Of a stretch of DNA of 64,000 bases, positions 58,812-64,000 are shown one piece after another (positions within the stretch are counted from its first letter, which is position 1; the number at the start of each line of letters is the position of its first letter). Source of the stretch: Amphiscolops sp. MND2022 (Eukaryota); the NCBI GenBank assembly GCA_964187785.1, contig OZ076409.1:43464001-43528000 (forward strand). Reading direction: 5' to 3'. The notes beneath the pieces are model-generated. The model was not told where the DNA came from, made no database searches, and saw only the letters and a program-made list of their open reading frames with translations. Both the position numbers and the translations under genes were made by a program.

Positions 58812-59679
58812 CTTTGAGCTAAGTGACCCTTTATCGAATGATTACGGTAGTTGAGTTTGCTATTGATAGAAACTCCGGGAGACTGTTGTTTTTTAAACTT
58901 GACATATGTCACCATTGGGGGACGAGATGTAATGACGACCTCTCACCGACAAAAATTTTCGAATTGTGAAAATTCCGTTCAAGCATTGGATTGTGAACTA
59001 GTTAGTGACGATTTTGTCATATTCCGCTGAAAGATTCCGTGTCTTCATCAAGTACCTGTCCGACGAATTGAAAAGAGCCAGAACGACAAATAGAGGCAGA
59101 GACCACTTTGGAAAAAAACGAGAACTAACGTGTGCTAGTGAAACGCTGAAACTGACTCAAACTCAGTAATTAAATGGACACTTTTCATCGCCTTATCGCG
59201 TTTTCACTAGCATGTTGCTACTTAATGTTGCAAGTACCTGGAACGCGTCTTGTCATTGGCTAAACAAGCATTCGTGCTTGTGTCCTCTTTTCATTGTCAC
59301 CTTGCCATGTGAGTAGTGCAGTATATTACTAGTTTGTTGAAATGTTTGGCTCGTGCGCTACTGATTTCACGATAGAACCTAGAACGAGAATTTATCTTTG
59401 TCCCCATCTATGTTTTTAAAGGCTATCTGAGTGGTAATTTCAATGCAAAAGTGTAACTCACACTACCGATAGCAATAAAAGACTGGATTAGGTCGTCGAG
59501 TACTCCACACGAGGCGGAATCTTCCTCTGACGGGACAACTTCTACGCGAAGGAGGCAAAAGGGGCCTATGGTCATGGGAGTCTGTCCCGAGCATATACCC
59601 ATGCTGTAGGTACCTCCACCACTCTATGACGAAACGACGACCTGGTGAGAGCTTGTCGTTACAGGAGTTCGAAGTCATT

Positions 59680-62600
59680 CCCTTCGCGATTGAAAAGGAT
59701 AAATTCAGTGTTTTCTCCGTTCACTAACATACTTTAATCTGGACACCATTTCTCGGTGTCAGAAAATGTTTTTCGAGGGATGGCAGATAATTCTGACGGA
59801 CCTTTGCCAATGACAAGGAGAGAACTATCGTCTGCATACTTGAATTTTTGTGCTTCATAACTGAGGAAGTCGTTTAGGAAGATGCCGAAGAGCAATGGCG
59901 ACAACACATTTTCCTGTGGAACGTCAATCTGAATCTGGAACTTCGAAGATTGGTATCCATTCAATGCGATGGAAGCGACTCTGGTTTTTAGAAACGATTT
60001 TATTATTTGATACATTTTGCCAGAAATATTGTGTTCCAACAATATAGAGAGAAGGCCGTCCATCCACACGCCATCGAAAGCTTTTTCGAGGTCAATGTTA
60101 AGCAGAGCCGTCAGCAAACGTGAACGTTTGGCATTCTCGAGCATGAAATGTAGTCTGGAGAGCGATCGAGTGGTATTTCTTTTCTATCTGAAACCATCCA
60201 GTTCGTCCCCAAGCAGTCCATTCACTTCGAGGTGTGATTTGATTCTAGTTGCAAGTATTCTTTCCAGCGTTTTGCCGATATGACTGGAGACTGAGAGTGG
60301 TCGATATGAAGAGCATTTATCATATCTCTCTTTGTTTGGTTTGCGTATGAAGATGACTTGTGACTCCGTCCATGGCCACACATGATATTCCCAGCAAGCA
60401 TTGATAATAATTAGCAGAAAAAAGAGTCCTTTAGTGCCCAAATATTTCATCATTGTCACATGGCGACCGTCAACATCAAAAGATTTAGTGTTGCTTGATT
60501 TCAAAATGGCGTTCTTCAATTCATCGATAGAAATTTCATCATGAAATACTTCATTATCATGTTCAGGATCATCATGTGGTTGGTTTATTTTGGCTTCTAC
60601 TTGCAGTTGTGTTGCATCGTTCAAAATTTGCTTTCTCAGATGTTCTCCTCCGAAGAACGTGGTTTCGTATTCTTCGCTATTTTCCTCTGGAGCATATAAG
60701 AGCCTCCTTTCCTTACTGCGTATTAGACCAACTTATTCATGTTTAGTGTTAAGTAAGGATTTGTAAGAAGTCCAAAACTCTCTTCCTCTATAATGCCCAA
60801 GCGATGACAAATTGTTTCCATTCAGTTACACTTTTGTTGAGTAGAATTTTAAAACGTTCCTTCGCTGCCTTTGGCTTTTGCCCGTTTTCAAAATTTGATT
60901 TGTACTTGCACTTTTCGCGTAAAAATCGAAGCTCATTGCTTGCGTCTGTCAATTCTGAGTTTCAAAACGGTTTGCTATGGTTTGAAACACATTTGAGGGG
61001 TATGTGACCGAAGCAAGCTTCACGAAGCAGATTCTTGAACTCGTTCCAAAGAAAAACAGGGTCGTCCCCAACAACCAAGAGATCATCTATTCTGCCCTCA
61101 ATGAAAGAAGTCCCACCCACCCAATCAGCTTTTTCAATCCATAATTTCTTGGTTTTCTCAGTGATAATACTACGTTCCAATCTCATAACAACAGGAACAT
61201 GACTCCTCAGTGGAGCACCGGTGAACAGCTCTACAAATTCATCCGTAGGCAGAGAGTGTTTACATCTATCGAAGAGAGGCCAATAACAGATGCAAAAATT
61301 GATAACACTGGAGCCATTTGCTGCCAAAAACGTAGGCTCACCAAAATTGGGAATGCTGAAGTGGTCGGCTATTTGAACAAGTTCCTCTCCTAACAAGTTA
61401 CACGATTTGTCTCCCCAATAGATATGCATTGCATTGAGGTCACCAAATAACAGAGCTCCACTCAGGCAATTTTTGTCAACATACGCTTTGCAACTCTCTA
61501 TAACTTTCATTGTGTTTCTCAAGCCCCCGAAGTCATCGGGTCTGTCATATGCAGTGGACACAAGTAATTTTATACCGCCCAGCCTAACAGTCAAAACAAC
61601 ATTATCAACAGAGGTGTCTTCGAGATGATTCAGTCTTGAGCACGGGATGTGAATTTTCAATGAAACTGCGACGCCCCCAGAACTTCCACCCATACAACTG
61701 ATTGTTGTGAAATTGTCAAATAGATTTTCGCTAACTCGTGTCTTGGTTTCATTTAGAAAAACAATATCAGCTTTGGTTTGTTGTAAGTATTGGTTCAGTT
61801 CTCTTTTACAATGATCACTTAGGCCGCATATAATTGTTAGCAAGAAGGTCAAACCAGGATTAGCCATCATTTTTTGACACAGGTTTCTCGAAAATGGTGC
61901 TTGTAGACCTCGCGCCTCAAAAAAAATTTGCACCTGTTTAATATACTTTGGGCAGTCAAGAGAATCAGTTTCGTGGTTTCCGCTGAAAATGGTACACATG
62001 GCAGACTGATTACCTTTGCAGATAACGACAGAGTGCTCGCCGGAGCAATGTTTGCATGACACTTTCGAATGACAGTTGGAACTGACGTGCCCGAACTCCT
62101 GACCTCGGTAGCAGCGGATTATTCGTATGCCTTGCAGTATGAATTCGACTGGTTGAAAGTACAAATGGTCAATGAAAATCCCGTCGGTTGTTGCCTTGCC
62201 AAACAGGACTTTTGAGGGAAACGTGATTCTGACACCAGGTAATTTATCCGTAGGAGCTAATATCATGTAAAACTCGGCCACTTCTAATGGAACTCCTCGA
62301 ATTACGGCGCTGTGATGTTCATTCCTGTCACTAGCTCTCCGAACCGACGAGTCGCTCCCAAAAATTCAGCCTTCCATCACTGAAAAACACACACATTCAG
62401 CCTTCTGTGCAGCTGTAAATTCAAGATGTATACTACCACGCGCTGTAATAAATGCGTTCAGTATTTTTTGTTTGGAAATATTGAAGCAAACGCTTTTGTG
62501 ATTTCGATGCTTTCTCTGAAATTCTGATTTGTCTTGATGAGCATTATGTTGCGAGGATCACTATTTTGTCTTGTTCCACCTCTGGTGTCATTTGTACTTT

Positions 62601-62940
62601 TTGTTAGAGTTTCGTTTTGATTAGTTTTCACTTTATCCGCATAGTTCTCATGAGGTTGAGTTGATGCTGGGTTGTCAAGCTTGAGTTTGATGGTTAACAG
62701 ATCCTTCTTCATGGATTCCATAATTTGTATCTCCGATTTTCTAAGTTCAGTCTCTTTCTTTCTGTTGTGGATAAAGGCTTTCAAGGATTTCCAGACGTTA
62801 GAAGAACGACCCTGTAAATGCTTGTCTTCGCATTTGGAGCAATACCAATGAACAGAGGCATATTTTGAAAGTGTTTGTAGGTCTTATACATCAAGGACCT
62901 CACACGATCCTTGCCACCACAACTCACACGGTTTCTTCCT
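59680..62940 (-). mobile_element. Degenerate I/Nimb-group-like LINE (PHD plus CCHC-knuckle ORF1, APE, RT)
   Basis: VHWYCSKC (~62825-62855), RCYR..FGHVSSNC...CKHCSGEH, FLNETK, GDLNA, SYRPLSVSS, DLEKAFD, YADD. Both ends approximate. Confidence 0.85.
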
Positions 62941-64000
62941 TATCTTTTTATCTGGTTTGAACCTCTGTACGTGATTTCGGTGATTCCAGACTATAGAGAG
63001 GAGCTTGAAGTCTAGTGCTGCTGACCGATGCACCTGTTGAAAGTCGGACAGGATCGTGCTGTCTTTGCGTTTCCTATGAGAGATTAATTATCTAACAGCG
63101 TCGAGGATGATGATCTGTGAACCGAATAAGCGCCTTTTGATGTCCCCGGTGCCCAGACGACGACAGTACACTATAGCTTTATTTCTGTCTTGAAGAGCAG
63201 GAGATTTTCTTTTAGCTGGTTGATTGAATTTGGCTGATAGTGATGCATCTATGGGGCGAAATTAATTCGTTTATAACGTCGTGTCAAATGATAATAATGG
63301 TAACTTTACTGAGAGAACCTCGAGTAAGAAGGTTTTGAAGAATTTTTTGACGGCTGATGATTTTATCGTTAAAACTAAGCCCCGGAACCGAGAAGCAGCT
63401 GCAATCAAATACTTTTTTAAATTTGTAAGGTATAGAATCAAGCATTTGGCACAATGAACTAGCGGCAATAATGAAAACCATGTAATCAGTAATGAAAGGG
63501 ATGCGTGCTAAATAATTTTAGAAAAAGAACGAACTAACCATTTTTGATACAGGCCGAATTGGCACGACAAACCAACAGAACAGTCACAGAGACCAGAGTG
63601 TGATGATAGTCCTTGAGTCAGTGAAAGGTGAATAATAAATCTAACCAATAACTTTTTAAAGGCTATTCAACATGTTTTTAGCAACAATTGGATAGTAAAT
63701 GGAAAAAATCTACAAACTTGCTGTCGCGACCCGCTCCCGGTCGTCTCTACACTTGCTGTGCTGGATTTCCGGGCTAATCGAAAGAAACCGGTCACGGTTA
63801 CAACAAGTATTTTTAAGGTGAGTTACAAACTAACCTAAAGAATTCTACTTACAGTAGAGCTAAGATATTTGCAGGTAAAATTCTTGGATAACAAAAACCT
63901 AGGTAAGAGTTACCGAACAATTCAAGCAATGATCTCGATCTAGTCAGAATTTCCGGTCTCAGCTTCTAAAACTCACATACCGATTTGAATAGCGAAACAG

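Noticed and set aside
59470..59600. HDV-like ribozyme motif (CCGCCTCGTG...CCTAAT) on the minus strand
   Set aside because: No convincing P1, P1.1 or P4 could be assembled, and it lies at the 3' rather than 5' side of the LINE.
63000..64000. Short ORFs at the right edge
   Set aside because: No recognisable motifs or supported exon structure within the window.

Overview
AT-rich, intron-containing animal genomic DNA; tentatively an acoel worm, inferred from a recalled spliced-leader sequence and not verified. Five host genes lie on the minus strand, and all could be spliced by hand with GT-AG introns and consistent phases. In transcription order they are SNRNP40 (56133-44043), a NIM1K-like kinase (42658-40560), an MTA-family NuRD subunit (37573-17638), a single-exon TEDC1-like gene (15745-14774) and a CCDC169-like gene (14402-9136). 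Most of the rest is transposable elements: a Ty3/Gypsy 5' half, an RT-less BEL/Pao element with a nested Ingi/I-type LINE, four more LINEs, hAT and MULE derivatives, and many copies of two Helentron-type non-autonomous (HINE/DINE-like) families. The most striking signal is that two LINEs with dissimilar ORF1s (and weakly a third) begin with the same ~32-nt sequence, AGCCTAATTGTTGTGATAAACTTATTAAATAG, 11-13 nt before the ORF1 ATG. Four host genes also have a 3' splice site just upstream of their ATG. Together these suggest spliced-leader trans-splicing, with LINEs mobilised as SL-capped mRNAs. All calls are by eye; no database search was run.
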